A stretch of DNA of 64,000 nucleotides from an uncultured Gammaproteobacteria bacterium (GCA_964610305.1 CAZSVL010000003.1:13122-77121); one strand, 5' to 3'. Numbered from the stretch's first letter, positions 47,561 to 58,598 are shown. The notes: generated from the sequence alone by a model not told the origin. Program-made: numbers and translations.

Positions 47561-49003
47561 TTACCAACCCTCTTGATGAGGTTTTCCTTCTTCATAACCG
47601 GCAGAGCTTTGTGCGCCTATAAGTGCCTTGTGATGGAATTGTTCTAGATTTCTTGCGCCAGCGTACGTACATGCCGAGCGAATGCCGGCAGAGATTGCGT
47701 CTATGATGTCCTCGGCAGATTCCTGTCCTGGCTTGAGATATAGTTTTGAGGTGCTGACTCCTTCTTGAAAATAATGCTTACGGGCAAAGTTAAAGGCATT
47801 AGCGCTGCGGTTTCTGTCTGTTACAGCACGAGCTGATGCCATACCAAAGTTTTCCTTATAGAGCATGCCATCTTCATCTCTTTGTGTGTCGGCGGCAGAT
47901 TCATACGTGCCTGCAAACCACGTGCCTATAAAGGCAGAACTAGCACCGGCCGCTATGGCAAGAGCTGCGTCGCGCGGGGTTTTAATACCGCCGTCTGCCC
48001 ATACGTGAGCTCCCAAGGATCTGGCCACTTTTGCACACTCTACTACAGCAGAAAATTGGGGTCTTCCAACACCGGTCATCATTCTGGTGGTGCACATGGC
48101 TCCAGGCCCTACCCCTACTTTTATAATACTAGCACCTGCTTCTACTAAGTCTTTTGTGGCGGCAGCGGTAACCACGTTTCCCGCTACAAGCGGCCTGGCT
48201 CTGCCAAGAACAGCACGTGCTGTGCGTACAGCTTCTATCATTTTCTGCTGATGTCCGTGCGCCGTATCCAAAACAATAATATCTATGCCAATATCCAGCA
48301 GTGCTCTTATTTTTTCTGTTACGTTTTGATTGACTCCCACTGCTACACAGGTAATAAACTGATTTTGTTGATTTAGTGCTGGCTTATATATAGTTGCGCG
48401 CAAGGCGCCACCTTCTGTGAGTACGCCAACAAGCGCGCCGTTTGGATCAATTATAGGCATTACGGGTACGCGTCTATCTTTAATACGCTCAAATATCTGC
48501 TGCGGTGTAGAGCCCAAAGGCATGCTAATCATTTCTTTAGACATGGCATCTTTTATTCTGGTGAAACGATCCCGTTGAAAAGCATCTTTTTCCATGAAAA
48601 TGCCGGTGGGTTTGTTTTCTTTATTTACCACCATCACGGCACGGTGAGCTCTTTTGTGAATTAAGTTTAGCGCTGTTTGAATACTATGATCTTCGCGCAA
48701 TACTACTGGTGTTTCTACTACCGTATCTCTTGTTTTTAAGTATCTTACCACCTGCGAGAGCCGTTCAAGCGGCATGTCTTGCGGCAGCACGGTTATGCCA
48801 CCACGGCGTGCTACGGTTTCACTCATTCTTTTTCCGGCTACCGCCGTCATGTTTGCTACCGCAATAGGAATGGTGGCGCCAGTGTTATCGCTTGGCATTA
48901 AGTTAACTTCCATTCTGGACGTGGCTTGCGAGTACTGGGGAACTAAAAAAACATCGCTGTAGGTGAGCTCTTTGTTTTGGTCTTCTGGGTGCAGGAATCT
49001 CAT
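47561..49003 (-). CDS. guaB1: GuaB1-family IMP dehydrogenase/GMP reductase with CBS domains
   Basis: ANMTAVAG, DTAHGHQ, KVGVGPGAMCTTRMMTG. Confidence 0.88.
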   Translation of the reverse strand: MRFLHPEDQNKELTYSDVFLVPQYSQATSRMEVNLMPSDNTGATIPIAVANMTAVAGKRMSETVARRGGITVLPQDMPLERLSQVVRYLKTRDTVVETPVVLREDHSIQTALNLIHKRAHRAVMVVNKENKPTGIFMEKDAFQRDRFTRIKDAMSKEMISMPLGSTPQQIFERIKDRRVPVMPIIDPNGALVGVLTEGGALRATIYKPALNQQNQFITCVAVGVNQNVTEKIRALLDIGIDIIVLDTAHGHQQKMIEAVRTARAVLGRARPLVAGNVVTAAATKDLVEAGASIIKVGVGPGAMCTTRMMTGVGRPQFSAVVECAKVARSLGAHVWADGGIKTPRDAALAIAAGASSAFIGTWFAGTYESAADTQRDEDGMLYKENFGMASARAVTDRNRSANAFNFARKHYFQEGVSTSKLYLKPGQESAEDIIDAISAGIRSACTYAGARNLEQFHHKALIGAQSSAGYEEGKPHQEGW

Positions 49004-49042
49004 AGTTGATTTGCTTGGGTTCTGATTGTACTATAAATATGC

Positions 49043-49705
49043 ATGAATAAGAAAGAGCGGGCTGTTGAGATTATTAAGAGGCTTAGGAAAATCTATACCA
49101 AGACTGATGATGATTTTGTATCGTGGAGTAATCCGCTAGAGCTTGTAATTGCTACGGTGTTGTCTGCGCAGTGCACGGATAAGCGCGTAAATATGGTTAC
49201 CAAAGATTTGTTTAAGAAGTATAAAACAGCAAAGGATTATGCAGGTGCGCGTATTGAAGAGTTAGAGCAGGATGTTAAATCTACGGGTTTTTATAAAAGT
49301 AAGGCGAAGTACTTAATTGGCATTGGAGAAATTTTAGAGCAAAAGCATAAAGGCAAAGTACCCGCCGAGAGGGCAGCCTTGCTTGAACTGCCAGGTGTGT
49401 CCTTCAAAACGGCAGATTTAGTTATGGCAAAAGCATTTGGAAAAGCTACTGGTGTGGCAGTGGATACGCACGTTAATAGATTGTCGGCACGGTTCGGCCT
49501 CACAGAAGAAAAAAAATCAGCAGACAAGAAAGCCGCTGACTTAGAAAAGCTCTATCCAAAGGAGGATTGGCTTGATGCAAATGAATATATGATTCTACAC
49601 GGCAGAGCTGTTTGTGTTTCAAGAAAACCGCGCTGCCCTGAGTGTCCTCTCAGGGACATCTGCCCAAGCGCAAAGAAATTTACGGCTGAGTTTTGGAAAG
49701 CGTAA
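49043..49705 (+). CDS. nth: Endonuclease III
   Basis: LSAQCTDKRVN, LPGVSFKTA, AVDTHV, 4Fe-4S Cys motif. Confidence 0.95.
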   Translation: MNKKERAVEIIKRLRKIYTKTDDDFVSWSNPLELVIATVLSAQCTDKRVNMVTKDLFKKYKTAKDYAGARIEELEQDVKSTGFYKSKAKYLIGIGEILEQKHKGKVPAERAALLELPGVSFKTADLVMAKAFGKATGVAVDTHVNRLSARFGLTEEKKSADKKAADLEKLYPKEDWLDANEYMILHGRAVCVSRKPRCPECPLRDICPSAKKFTAEFWKA

Positions 49706-50012
49706 CAGGCAATCTCAATCTGCGCTCAACAATGAAGTTGATAAGTGGGTGATTTTGAATAGCCGCCTTCCCGTGTTTAGTAATCGCGTATTTATTCTCT
49801 CCGCCAGTGATGATTACTTTTCTTGGACTTCTGTCCATAAGACTCACGACGGCCGTAAGGTTGAGCTGCAGACCAAAGGATTCTTGAAAGAATTTTTCCA
49901 GCTCATCCCCGGTTTTGGGTCCATCAATAAGACCAAGTAGAATGAGTATGTTGTCCCTAAGCACTTTGCCTCCTTTTTTTAAAAAGCTATCACAAAATGA
50001 CGGCTTTGTCAA
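49680..50012 (-). CDS. Hypothetical winged-helix (PadR-like) protein
   Basis: ILILLGLIDGPKTGDEL...YAITKHG; start uncertain. Confidence 0.5.
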   Translation of the reverse strand: MTKPSFCDSFLKKGGKVLRDNILILLGLIDGPKTGDELEKFFQESFGLQLNLTAVVSLMDRSPRKVIITGGENKYAITKHGKAAIQNHPLINFIVERRLRLPVTLSKTQP

Positions 50013-50052
50013 GGTTGCAATGCGCTCCTAATTACGGTATGCTCTAAGGGTT

Positions 50053-50283
50053 ATGGCAACAAAGTATAAATGCGGAAAATGCAACGGGAACAAGTATCGC
50101 AAAGGGCAGGTGTGGATGTCCGGAAGTTTTTGGCGTCGCATACTTAACGTGAATAACCGTCATTTTATAACCCATTCATGTGGCAATTGTGGCTACACCG
50201 AGTTTTTTGAAAAGATTCCCGTAGGCGCAAAGGCAAAAAGAAAAGAAAAAATGCAGGAAGTCCTGGAGGTCTTGATAGATTAA
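50053..50283 (+). CDS. Zinc-ribbon protein
   Basis: CGKC...CGNCGYTEFF. Confidence 0.75.
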   Translation: MATKYKCGKCNGNKYRKGQVWMSGSFWRRILNVNNRHFITHSCGNCGYTEFFEKIPVGAKAKRKEKMQEVLEVLID

Positions 50284-50334
50284 GCAAAATCTGATAGTAT
50301 AATCGGTGACAAAAGTCACCTTTTAAAATCCCAA

Positions 50335-50406
50335 GCGGGTATGGTATAAGGGCTATTATTTCTGCCTTCCAAGCAGACGATACGGGTTCGATTCCCGTTA
50401 CCCGCT
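50335..50406 (+). tRNA. tRNA-Gly(TCC)
   Basis: TCTGC-CTTCCAA-GCAGA. Confidence 0.92.
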
Positions 50407-50460
50407 CAGATTCAAAAACAGCCGATCAGGGCTGCTTTTGGTTTACTGTTTCGGAACCGT

Positions 50461-50958
50461 TCAGCGTTTCAGTTGGTTGAAAATTTTGTCGTCAAATTCA
50501 TCAGGTTTGTGTTTCAAAATAGCGTCAGCATTTTTTTTGCAATACAGTAATTCACCCTCATTATTTTGACTTTCGTACCATTTGAAACTATCCAGAATGT
50601 CAGCTGCTTTTATGATAAGAGCATCTTGCCCATTATCAGAGCATCGTTTGATGAGTTCGTTTATTTTTTCATCTTGATCAGTAATAGTATCATCTTTTGT
50701 GTTTGCCATTACAAGAGTAGTCACTCTCTCGCCAAATTCCTCTCTAAGCATTTCTTCAGAGATGTCGGACCATTCTAATGCATCATGCAAAACACCAGCT
50801 AGGACGATATCCGCTGAATAACCGTTCTCGTACAAGTAAACTCCAACCCTTATATCATGAAACAAGAGAGGCTTTCTACTGTTCTCATCTGATCCTGGTA
50901 AGTGCTTGGCAAGAAAGCGGACTGCCTTTTCAAATTTTATGTTAAGTTGCGTGTTCAT
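50461..50958 (-). CDS. HD-domain protein (small alarmone hydrolase-like)
   Basis: LAGVLHDALE, IIKAADILD. Confidence 0.75.
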   Translation of the reverse strand: MNTQLNIKFEKAVRFLAKHLPGSDENSRKPLLFHDIRVGVYLYENGYSADIVLAGVLHDALEWSDISEEMLREEFGERVTTLVMANTKDDTITDQDEKINELIKRCSDNGQDALIIKAADILDSFKWYESQNNEGELLYCKKNADAILKHKPDEFDDKIFNQLKR

Positions 50959-51068
50959 AGGTTTAAGCATTATATCGCACACGAGTCGTTAGTCAACCTA
51001 GTTCTAACGTCATACACTAGCCAGCTCAAAACAAAAAAGAGTCCTTGTGGCTCTTTTTTCGTGCGATT

Positions 51069-51548
51069 CTACAGTGATGCAAGTAGTTCCATTATTTTTT
51101 TTACGGTTTCCTCTTCAGACAAGTCCGAATTATCTATCTGATAACCCACCTTTATCTTTGTTGTAATAGAATGAACATATTTTGCGGTTTGTTCACCGTA
51201 AACATGTGGTCTTTTAGAGTCTCTTTCTATGCATTTTTCAACACCACTGATTAAAGTAAAAATAATCACGTCATCTTTAAAATTTTCTTTTAAATCATCT
51301 ATTTGTTGCTGGTAATAAAAACAGCCGTCAACAATGAGAGACGCTTTACTCTTTTGAGCAGTTGCAAGAATGATTTCATTTGCCTTTAGAAAACTCTCTA
51401 AAGTGATTCCGTCTTTAGTTTCTAAATTATTATCATCTATGATTTTGTCCAAAGATAAATAATCTGTCTTAAGTTTTTGTGCAAGTATTTTAGAAACAGT
51501 AGTTTTACCTACTCCCAGTGGCCCTCTGATTACAATAATTTTTTTCAT
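51069..51548 (-). CDS. P-loop kinase/AAA family protein
   Basis: GPLGVGKTT. Confidence 0.85.
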   Translation of the reverse strand: MKKIIVIRGPLGVGKTTVSKILAQKLKTDYLSLDKIIDDNNLETKDGITLESFLKANEIILATAQKSKASLIVDGCFYYQQQIDDLKENFKDDVIIFTLISGVEKCIERDSKRPHVYGEQTAKYVHSITTKIKVGYQIDNSDLSEEETVKKIMELLASL

Positions 51549-51691
51549 ATCTTATGTAGATTATATACAAAAGCGCTTAATCGTCAAAGAAATTACGTTC
51601 TAACACCGAGAGAGGCTGTTTGCTAATTGCGTGTCACTTTCACTATTTAATCTGTGTTATAATCTAATCACTTATTATTACTTATAGTCAT

Positions 51692-52069
51692 ATGGAACTC
51701 TCAATAGTGGTAGCTCGGATTATAGCCATCTATTACGTGGTGATGGGAATCCGGATGTTCACCGGCGGTCTTAACTTAAGTAAGATGCTCAAGGAGTTTG
51801 AAGATTCCTCTGCACTTGCTCTGATTACCGGTTTTATAATGATGGTTTTGGGTGTCTTGCTGGTTCAATATCACAATATATGGGTAAAAGACTGGACGGT
51901 TATCGTTACTATTTTTGGATGGGCACTACTGCTGAAGGGAATTCTTTACGCTCTTCATCCGCGCACGTTGTTTTCATGGGGTAGAAAATTTGTTAAGACG
52001 CATAATTCTTGGGGAGCAATCATTATTTTGATTGGACTAGTCATGGGATACTTTGGATTTATCGCTTAA
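51692..52069 (+). CDS. Integral membrane protein
   Basis: Four TM segments; HNIWVKDWTVIVTIFGW. Confidence 0.75.
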   Translation: MELSIVVARIIAIYYVVMGIRMFTGGLNLSKMLKEFEDSSALALITGFIMMVLGVLLVQYHNIWVKDWTVIVTIFGWALLLKGILYALHPRTLFSWGRKFVKTHNSWGAIIILIGLVMGYFGFIA

Positions 52070-52219
52070 AAAACTTGACAACACAGCCTGCGCGTGCTAT
52101 GGTAGATACAGAGCATTGGCTGCATCACCACCATATTGTACCTTTGTCCTCAAAAACAAATGCGTACAATCCGCTAGCCGCTCAACGCGGTTTTTTGGTG
52201 GTCAAAATCAGGAGGGATA

Positions 52220-52942
52220 ATGGCGGACAGTACAGAATCAGCGCGATTTGAAGGTCTTCCAAGAAGAATTCCCACTACACCGTTTGGATTGGTAATAGCG
52301 CACGGCCTTAAAGATGGGCTATTAAGAACAACTTCCAAAAATGGCAGCGATGCTATTGTCTGGCGCTTGGTTGAGGTGGATCTTTTGCCGCATGAGGATG
52401 AGCGCTGGGTAGAGCGTGAGAATTTCATTAATGCTATGAGTGATCTACTCAGCCACCATCTGGACGAGCTGTGTAGAATCCTTGTGGATCTAGAAGTTCA
52501 TCCACTTCATGGAAAGGGCCAAGAAGGTTTGGTCAATGCTGCGGTAAGGCAGTGGGATCAGATTGGGCTTGGCCCCGCGCTTACACAAAGCATGATTCGT
52601 GTTGGGATGGTTGGTAACTTTATGCACTTTGAAGGACTGCTACCTGGCTACATAGTGCTTCAGCTGTGTGCGGTGGGTCCTGTTTTGCGGCTGCGTGAAA
52701 GGCGTGCTGAAAAAAAGGAGCCTCAGAAAGCTGATCCTTGGGACAACTCGCGGTTGCGCGACCGAGAAGAGGTTGCAGAGGTTGCAGATCTTCTTCTGGG
52801 GGAAATGGATGATTTGTTTGAGGCGGGTGTGGATCGCGTGGAAGAATCCATGCGGCGTGCAAAGCAGCGCGTGGAGGGTTTGTGGGGTAGATTTAAGACG
52901 GGGGTGGATTCCTTTTTTGAGGAACCTGGTGATGATAAGTAA
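52220..52942 (+). CDS. Hypothetical protein
   Basis: AGGAGG SD, 240-aa ORF. Confidence 0.65.
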   Translation: MADSTESARFEGLPRRIPTTPFGLVIAHGLKDGLLRTTSKNGSDAIVWRLVEVDLLPHEDERWVERENFINAMSDLLSHHLDELCRILVDLEVHPLHGKGQEGLVNAAVRQWDQIGLGPALTQSMIRVGMVGNFMHFEGLLPGYIVLQLCAVGPVLRLRERRAEKKEPQKADPWDNSRLRDREEVAEVADLLLGEMDDLFEAGVDRVEESMRRAKQRVEGLWGRFKTGVDSFFEEPGDDK

Positions 52943-52974
52943 TGTTGTGCCGACGAGCGTGTCTCGTCGGCCTT

Positions 52975-53541
52975 TTAAAATGCAGCTTTTCCAAATGGTA
53001 CGGAAAACGCCTTGCACCAGATCCATACTTCATTGTATTGGTTTAGATCCAGATTTTTAGGAATTTGATAGTTTTGACCACCGATGTTTCCCTTTAGGCG
53101 TGCTACTTCTGTGCCGTATGTTCCATCTTTTCCGAGGCCTACATAGAGGTCTGGGCCGTTCGTCACCAGAAAATCATCCTCTAGTCTTATGTAATCAGTG
53201 GCATTTATAGAAATTACAGTAGCTTTGCCGCTTGCTTTGTGATTTTCAAGACCCTCAAATGATCCCACGCCAATAACACTAGCGGGAACGGGTTCTGGCT
53301 CTTGTGGCTCACGCGGCTCTTCTGTTTTTTGTGTTGATGTTTCTGGTGTTATCGCTTCTGCAGCCTGCTCCGGCAGCATAAGTTGTTTTAAGCCATCCAC
53401 CTCTCCAAATTCAGATTCGTGCTCCATTACTAAATCCTCCAGAGATTCGTTTACCTGCTCGTCTAAAAAAAGTGGCGATCCCAAGTACCACCCTAATCCG
53501 AGGGCAGCCAAGACAGCCAAAGTGATAAATATTTTTTTCAT
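52975..53541 (-). CDS. DM13 domain protein
   Basis: NGPDLYV, LKGNIGGQNY, IWCKAFSVPFG. Confidence 0.9.
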   Translation of the reverse strand: MKKIFITLAVLAALGLGWYLGSPLFLDEQVNESLEDLVMEHESEFGEVDGLKQLMLPEQAAEAITPETSTQKTEEPREPQEPEPVPASVIGVGSFEGLENHKASGKATVISINATDYIRLEDDFLVTNGPDLYVGLGKDGTYGTEVARLKGNIGGQNYQIPKNLDLNQYNEVWIWCKAFSVPFGKAAF

Positions 53542-53622
53542 ATGTTTTGATTGTATCAGCCGCAGGCAATATTGACTAATTGAGCGCACCTTTGTATTAT
53601 AGAGCGGTAAAAAGTAAAACAA

Positions 53623-53694
53623 GCGGGCGTCGTATAATGGTTATTATACGGCCTTGCCAAGGCTGAGATGGCGGTTCGATCCCGCTCGCCCGCT
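53623..53694 (+). tRNA. tRNA-Gly(GCC)
   Basis: CGGCC-TTGCCAA-GGCTG. Confidence 0.92.
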
Positions 53695-53820
53695 CAAATG
53701 AAAAACCCAGCTTTTGCTGGGTTTTTCTATTTGTAAGAATATCCTCCCCTTGCGTCTTCTCTAAAGAAGAGAGGATCATCCATTTTTTTCAAGGGATGAT
53801 TTTTTTGCTATACTACGCTT

Positions 53821-55464
53821 ATGACATTACAAAAAATACATCCAAAAGCGGTTGCGTTTTTTTTGATCGCCTTTTTAGTCTTAGCGCTGACTCCTAAACC
53901 TGCAGGAGCATCTTCGCCATACGCTCCAGAAGAGCTGGTGAAAGGATCAAGTGATACGGTCTACTACATAGGCCAAGACAACATGAGGTACGTTTTCCCT
54001 AATCAAAAAGTGTACATGAGTTGGTATGAGAATTTTGATGATGTGCGCACTATTGCCGATGCTGATATAAACGCTACGTCTATTGCTGGCGTGGTGAGAT
54101 ACAGACCAGGTGTGCGCATGATAAAAGTGCCGGATGATCCAAAAGTATATACGGTTTCCTCTCAAGGGTTGGTGCGCCATGTTTTAGATGAAGATGTTGC
54201 GACAGATCTTTATGGAACAGCGTGGAATACTTTTATAGATGATATGCAGGCGTCACTTTTTGTAAGTAATTACAATTTTGGCGCGGTCATTTCAGGCGCA
54301 AGTCAGTATGATCCAGCAGCTCAAACAGCCGCAGCAACCACTATTAGCGCAGATTTTGGTTTGATTGATACCACTACAGAATCTTCAGAGCCGTCTGGCT
54401 CTTCCGATGATATAACTTCTGGCACAGATGATCAGACAAGTGGTGATGGTGATGCTCAAGATACTTCAACTTCTGACCCAGATCCAGATCCGGAACCAGA
54501 GCCAATTGCGGTGCCAACACTCTATAAAGATATGGAAGCATTAGTATATGCTCCCTCTGATTCTCAAAAAGTATACGGCGCTTCTTCTGATCCAAATGTT
54601 GGTATTATAGTTAGCAGCAATGGCGGCACTACCTGGACAACCAGCAGAGATGGAGCTTCTGCCAGCGCTTTGGCAGTGAATCACGCAGATCCTAATGTGG
54701 CGCTTGCTGTAGAAGGTGGTGTAATTTTAAGAACCGCCGATGGCGGATCCCAGTGGGAGGCGGCCACCGTGCCAACAGATTTTTCTGACGCGCTCGGACT
54801 GGATTTTTCAAAGACAGACTCTGATGTTGCATACGCTGTCTCTGCAACCATACTAATTAAGAGCGTTGACGGTGGTGTAACGTGGGAGAGAGTGAATGTG
54901 GTAAACGCCAACACCTATAATTATACTGGCGCAATGGAAGTGTCTCATACTAACAGTAGTTTGCTTTTGGTGGGATCTACCAAAGGTGTGCAGCGTAGTG
55001 TTAACGGTGGTATGGATTGGACACAGCACAAGCCCGGTCAGGGAGAAATGCTGCCAGTACGCAGCTTGGCGCTTAATCAAGCCAATACGTCTGTGTTTTA
55101 TATGGTGACAGACGAGGGGATTTGGTACACGGCAGACACGGGAGATAGTTGGAATGTTGCCAAGGCGCCAGATGTAGCACACGCAGAAGTGCACAACATA
55201 GCGCTTGCGGAAAGTGACACCAATATATTGTACATAACCACAGAAAGCGGTGTCTTTGTTAGCACTGATAGAGCGGTAACATGGGAGGGGAAAACAGACG
55301 GTATGGTTTTGGCAGATTCTCACGCAATCGCTGTTGCTCCAGATGACGCTCTAGCAGTATTGGCAGGAACAGACGATCAGGCAGAGGATAATGGTAATGA
55401 GGGCATTTACTCGAGCACAAACGGAGGAGAAGAGTGGGCCATTGTTGGAGCATTGATATTCTAA
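53821..55464 (+). CDS. Secreted BNR/Asp-box beta-propeller protein
   Basis: Signal peptide, CPR-type VYYIG..RYVFPN domain, repeated SxxGGxxW boxes. Confidence 0.82.
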   Translation: MTLQKIHPKAVAFFLIAFLVLALTPKPAGASSPYAPEELVKGSSDTVYYIGQDNMRYVFPNQKVYMSWYENFDDVRTIADADINATSIAGVVRYRPGVRMIKVPDDPKVYTVSSQGLVRHVLDEDVATDLYGTAWNTFIDDMQASLFVSNYNFGAVISGASQYDPAAQTAAATTISADFGLIDTTTESSEPSGSSDDITSGTDDQTSGDGDAQDTSTSDPDPDPEPEPIAVPTLYKDMEALVYAPSDSQKVYGASSDPNVGIIVSSNGGTTWTTSRDGASASALAVNHADPNVALAVEGGVILRTADGGSQWEAATVPTDFSDALGLDFSKTDSDVAYAVSATILIKSVDGGVTWERVNVVNANTYNYTGAMEVSHTNSSLLLVGSTKGVQRSVNGGMDWTQHKPGQGEMLPVRSLALNQANTSVFYMVTDEGIWYTADTGDSWNVAKAPDVAHAEVHNIALAESDTNILYITTESGVFVSTDRAVTWEGKTDGMVLADSHAIAVAPDDALAVLAGTDDQAEDNGNEGIYSSTNGGEEWAIVGALIF

Positions 55465-55502
55465 ATAATTAAAAAAACGCGGCAGTCCGCGTTTTTTTGT
55501 TT

Positions 55503-55586
55503 GTCATCGCGAGGAGCATAGCGACGTGGCGATCCCGTGGCTAAGCAACGGGATTGCCACGGGGGCATGCGCCCCCTCGCAATGAC
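55503..55586. repeat. GTCAT...ATGAC palindromic repeat
   Basis: gtcatcgcgaggagcatagcgacgtggcgatccc...ctcgcaatgac. Confidence 0.85.
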
Positions 55587-55590
55587 CAAC

Positions 55591-56598
55591 CTAGATAACA
55601 GGATTAAGAGGTTTTCTTCCACCAAGCACGGCGATGATATTTTTTGCAGCAATTTTTGCCATCTCATCTCTGGTTTCTTTTGCTGCACTGGCAATGTGTG
55701 GGGTTAAAATAACATTTTCCATGTCACGCAAAGCCATGTGATCTTTTACATTGCAATCTATAAGCGGCTCACATTCAAATACATCAAGTGCGGCGCCAGC
55801 GATTTGTTTTTTCTTAAGTGCTCGCAAGAGCGCAATTTCTTTTACAATCGGGCCGCGGGCTGTATTTACCAGAAAAGCGGTTTCTTTCATGGCAGCCAGT
55901 TCTTTGGTGCCAATAAGATATTTTGTAGATGGTAGTAGGGGAACATGGACAGAGACAACATCAGATCTTTTGCAAAGATTTAGCAAGTTCACTCTTTTTG
56001 CGCTTACATCTTTTTCTAATTGTTTGTTTTTAACCACGTCAGCGTACAAAATTTTCATGCCAAGTCCGTGGTGTGCAAACCGTGCGGTGGCACTTCCAAT
56101 TCTTCCGCCCCCAACAAGACCTAATGTCTTTCCTGAAAGTTCTGTGGTAAGCATCATAAGAGGAGCCCAACTTTTATACTTTCCTGCGCGTGTGTATCGG
56201 TCTGCTTCTACTATTCTTTTTGAGATAGCCATGATAAGAGCAATGGTATGCTCTGCAACGGCGCGGCTAAGGACACCTGGCGTATTGGTTATGGTAACGC
56301 CGTATTTTTTTGCAGCTTTTATATCTATATTGTTGTATCCTACTGCATTTTGAGCAATAACTTTTAGTTGAGATCCGGCAGCTTTAAAGACGCCTTCATC
56401 TATTTTTTCCGTAAGCATGCATAAAATAGCATCTGCTCCTTTTATTTCCTTAAGAAGATTTTTGTAAGGTATGGCGGGGCCGCTTCCGTACACATCGCGT
56501 TTATCGTGCCAGACTTTTACTTCAAAGTTTTTCTTAGTCTTGAGTAGTTTCATCCCAGCATCTGGAATGGTTCTTGTGATAAATATTTTCTTTTTCAT
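55591..56598 (-). CDS. D-glycerate/2-hydroxyacid dehydrogenase
   Basis: GGGRIG, NTARGPIV, LDVFECEP, TPHIASA. Confidence 0.92.
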   Translation of the reverse strand: MKKKIFITRTIPDAGMKLLKTKKNFEVKVWHDKRDVYGSGPAIPYKNLLKEIKGADAILCMLTEKIDEGVFKAAGSQLKVIAQNAVGYNNIDIKAAKKYGVTITNTPGVLSRAVAEHTIALIMAISKRIVEADRYTRAGKYKSWAPLMMLTTELSGKTLGLVGGGRIGSATARFAHHGLGMKILYADVVKNKQLEKDVSAKRVNLLNLCKRSDVVSVHVPLLPSTKYLIGTKELAAMKETAFLVNTARGPIVKEIALLRALKKKQIAGAALDVFECEPLIDCNVKDHMALRDMENVILTPHIASAAKETRDEMAKIAAKNIIAVLGGRKPLNPVI

Positions 56599-56648
56599 GG
56601 CGATATTATAACACAAAGCCACTGTAACAGCGGCTTTGTTTGATTGAT

Positions 56649-57236
56649 TTATTCTACAATGAGAGATCCGGTCATACTCCCGTGGCCTGATCCGCATGGG
56701 ACGCTACATACCAGCGGGAATGTTCCCTTACTGCTGGCAGTAAATTCTATAGTGGTGGCTTTTCCAGGAGAGAGCACTTCATTTACGTTGAATGCTTTTA
56801 TGAAAATGCCGTGAGTGACATCCGTGCTTTCAATAATGAGTCTCACCGTGTCTCCTTGGTTTACTCTAACCACCTCTGGATCAAATTCCCATTTTCGTGC
56901 GGTCATGTTTATTATACGCAGCGCACCTTCATCAGACACCGGTGCTGCAGTCGTATTGCTGGATCCGTTCTGGTTCTGGGTCTCCGCCGACGCCCCCTCG
57001 TCGGCTGACGCTTTTGGGGCCGGCTCTGTCACTTGCTCTGTTGTCTCTTCTGTTGCCTCATCCTGCACCGTTTCTGCTGTTGGCTGATCAGGATCAACTA
57101 TTTCTACTGACACCTCTGCGCTGTTAGAGCTCTCACTCGTATCTGATGGGTCTGTTGTCTCTTCTGTATTTCCTCCAGAGCAGCCTGCGCCCAGAAGGAT
57201 AAGCGCCGCTACCGCGTATTTGAGTTTTTTTTGCAT
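56649..57236 (-). CDS. Cupredoxin-domain lipoprotein
   Basis: Lipobox LGAGC; DVTHG...CSVPCGSGHGSM. Confidence 0.88.
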   Translation of the reverse strand: MQKKLKYAVAALILLGAGCSGGNTEETTDPSDTSESSNSAEVSVEIVDPDQPTAETVQDEATEETTEQVTEPAPKASADEGASAETQNQNGSSNTTAAPVSDEGALRIINMTARKWEFDPEVVRVNQGDTVRLIIESTDVTHGIFIKAFNVNEVLSPGKATTIEFTASSKGTFPLVCSVPCGSGHGSMTGSLIVE

Positions 57237-57325
57237 AGGTTTATGTTTACTTGAGCTTATCGTACCAAAGGCGCGCGCGCAAGTGGATTAAAAAACCCGC
57301 AACACCTGAGTGTGCGGGTGGGCTG

Positions 57326-58126
57326 TTAGGCCCGTGCTCGTGCTATAGCTGTGGCTTCTTCCTCCCAGCGCTGCCTTTCTGCCCTCTGAGCAATGGCTGG
57401 ATCAACAGCAAAGCTGAAACCCTCGTTCTGGAGCTTCTCCACCATCTCTGCAGAGAGAGGCGTGCGGTGACCGCTCCGTACATGGTTGTCCGTGAATTCA
57501 ACCCCGCAACCAGTGCAGTAGTTGAGATCCAGGCCACCACCACAGTTGGCGCAGTTGTAGTCGGTGAAGGCGCCGCGTCCGCCCTTCAGTTCAGCGGCAA
57601 TTGCAGGATCAGTTGTAGAGAAGACGATCGATTTCTCTAGCAGCTCAAACTCAGGCGCACTCGGATCGTTGTGGATTTTGTTGTAACCACGGTCCAGACA
57701 GAGCCACAGGTAGGTCACCGTGGTTGGATAACCTGGTCCGGTAGGTGCAGGGTGCAGTTTGGTCGGATCCTGCAGAATGATCTGCAGGACACTCTGCCAC
57801 GTGTCCTCTATCAGCTCATTGCCCCAATGTGACCGTGCGTAAGCCACCGCTCGCCTCTGCTGCTCGGTAGCCGCAGTATCGTCTAGTCGCTTAGAGAACG
57901 CGTAGTCTAGGCTGGGGTCTTTTTCTTCGTGGCCGGGCAGAAAGTTGATGACGTGAAATGCGCCAGCAATCCTGATGCCGGGAACAGCAACATATGGATG
58001 CTCCACCGCAAAGGCTGCAACAGCTTCTTCTGGTGTCAGGTGAGGACAGAGTGCAATCATGTCCTGCTCAGTTGGGTTTTCAATGGGCAGCCGCCTAAGA
58101 ATCTCTAGGTACTCACGTGAAGTCAT
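57326..58126 (-). CDS. Hypothetical protein with zinc ribbon
   Basis: GGAGG SD before MTSRE; CANC...CTGC. Confidence 0.65.
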   Translation of the reverse strand: MTSREYLEILRRLPIENPTEQDMIALCPHLTPEEAVAAFAVEHPYVAVPGIRIAGAFHVINFLPGHEEKDPSLDYAFSKRLDDTAATEQQRRAVAYARSHWGNELIEDTWQSVLQIILQDPTKLHPAPTGPGYPTTVTYLWLCLDRGYNKIHNDPSAPEFELLEKSIVFSTTDPAIAAELKGGRGAFTDYNCANCGGGLDLNYCTGCGVEFTDNHVRSGHRTPLSAEMVEKLQNEGFSFAVDPAIAQRAERQRWEEEATAIARARA

Positions 58127-58224
58127 GCTTCCTCCAGGAAAAGATTTGTTTCTAGATTCTTTCTTGATGGCTTCATAGCGTGAAGCTCTCAAGAAAATGC
58201 CCCAGGTCTTACGCTGGGGCGGGG

Positions 58225-58585
58225 TGGAGGCGCCGGGAGTCGAACCCGGGTCCAGAAAGGTTGTTCATCTGCGTCTACGTGTGTATTCCTTGCATGGTTG
58301 CCTACGCTGCTTTGCCCAAGGACAGGCGGCTGCGCAGCCGGTTCATTGCTGTGTTTAAGACATGCTCCGCAATTCCATTAGAGCAGTACCGAGCCTACAT
58401 AAGTTTCCCTAATCCCGCCTATAGGCGAGCGAGCTTTGGGGTCGCATGCTGCGTACTAGGCAGCGAGCGCGACGGACTCAGCGTCAGTATTGGCGTCTGA
58501 GTTGCGCCCGGGGGATCAAAGGGTCCCAGACATCCCTTACACGCAGCAGGTAGCGTCCGCTCCCTGTCGAAACCAGTTCGCCCCC
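58225..58585 (-). ncRNA. ssrA: tmRNA
   Basis: 5' GGGGGCGAACTGGTTTCGAC, 3' GGGTTCGACTCCCGGCGCCTCCA; tag ANTDAESVALAA*. Confidence 0.95.
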
Positions 58586-58598
58586 GTAAGGGTTTGTG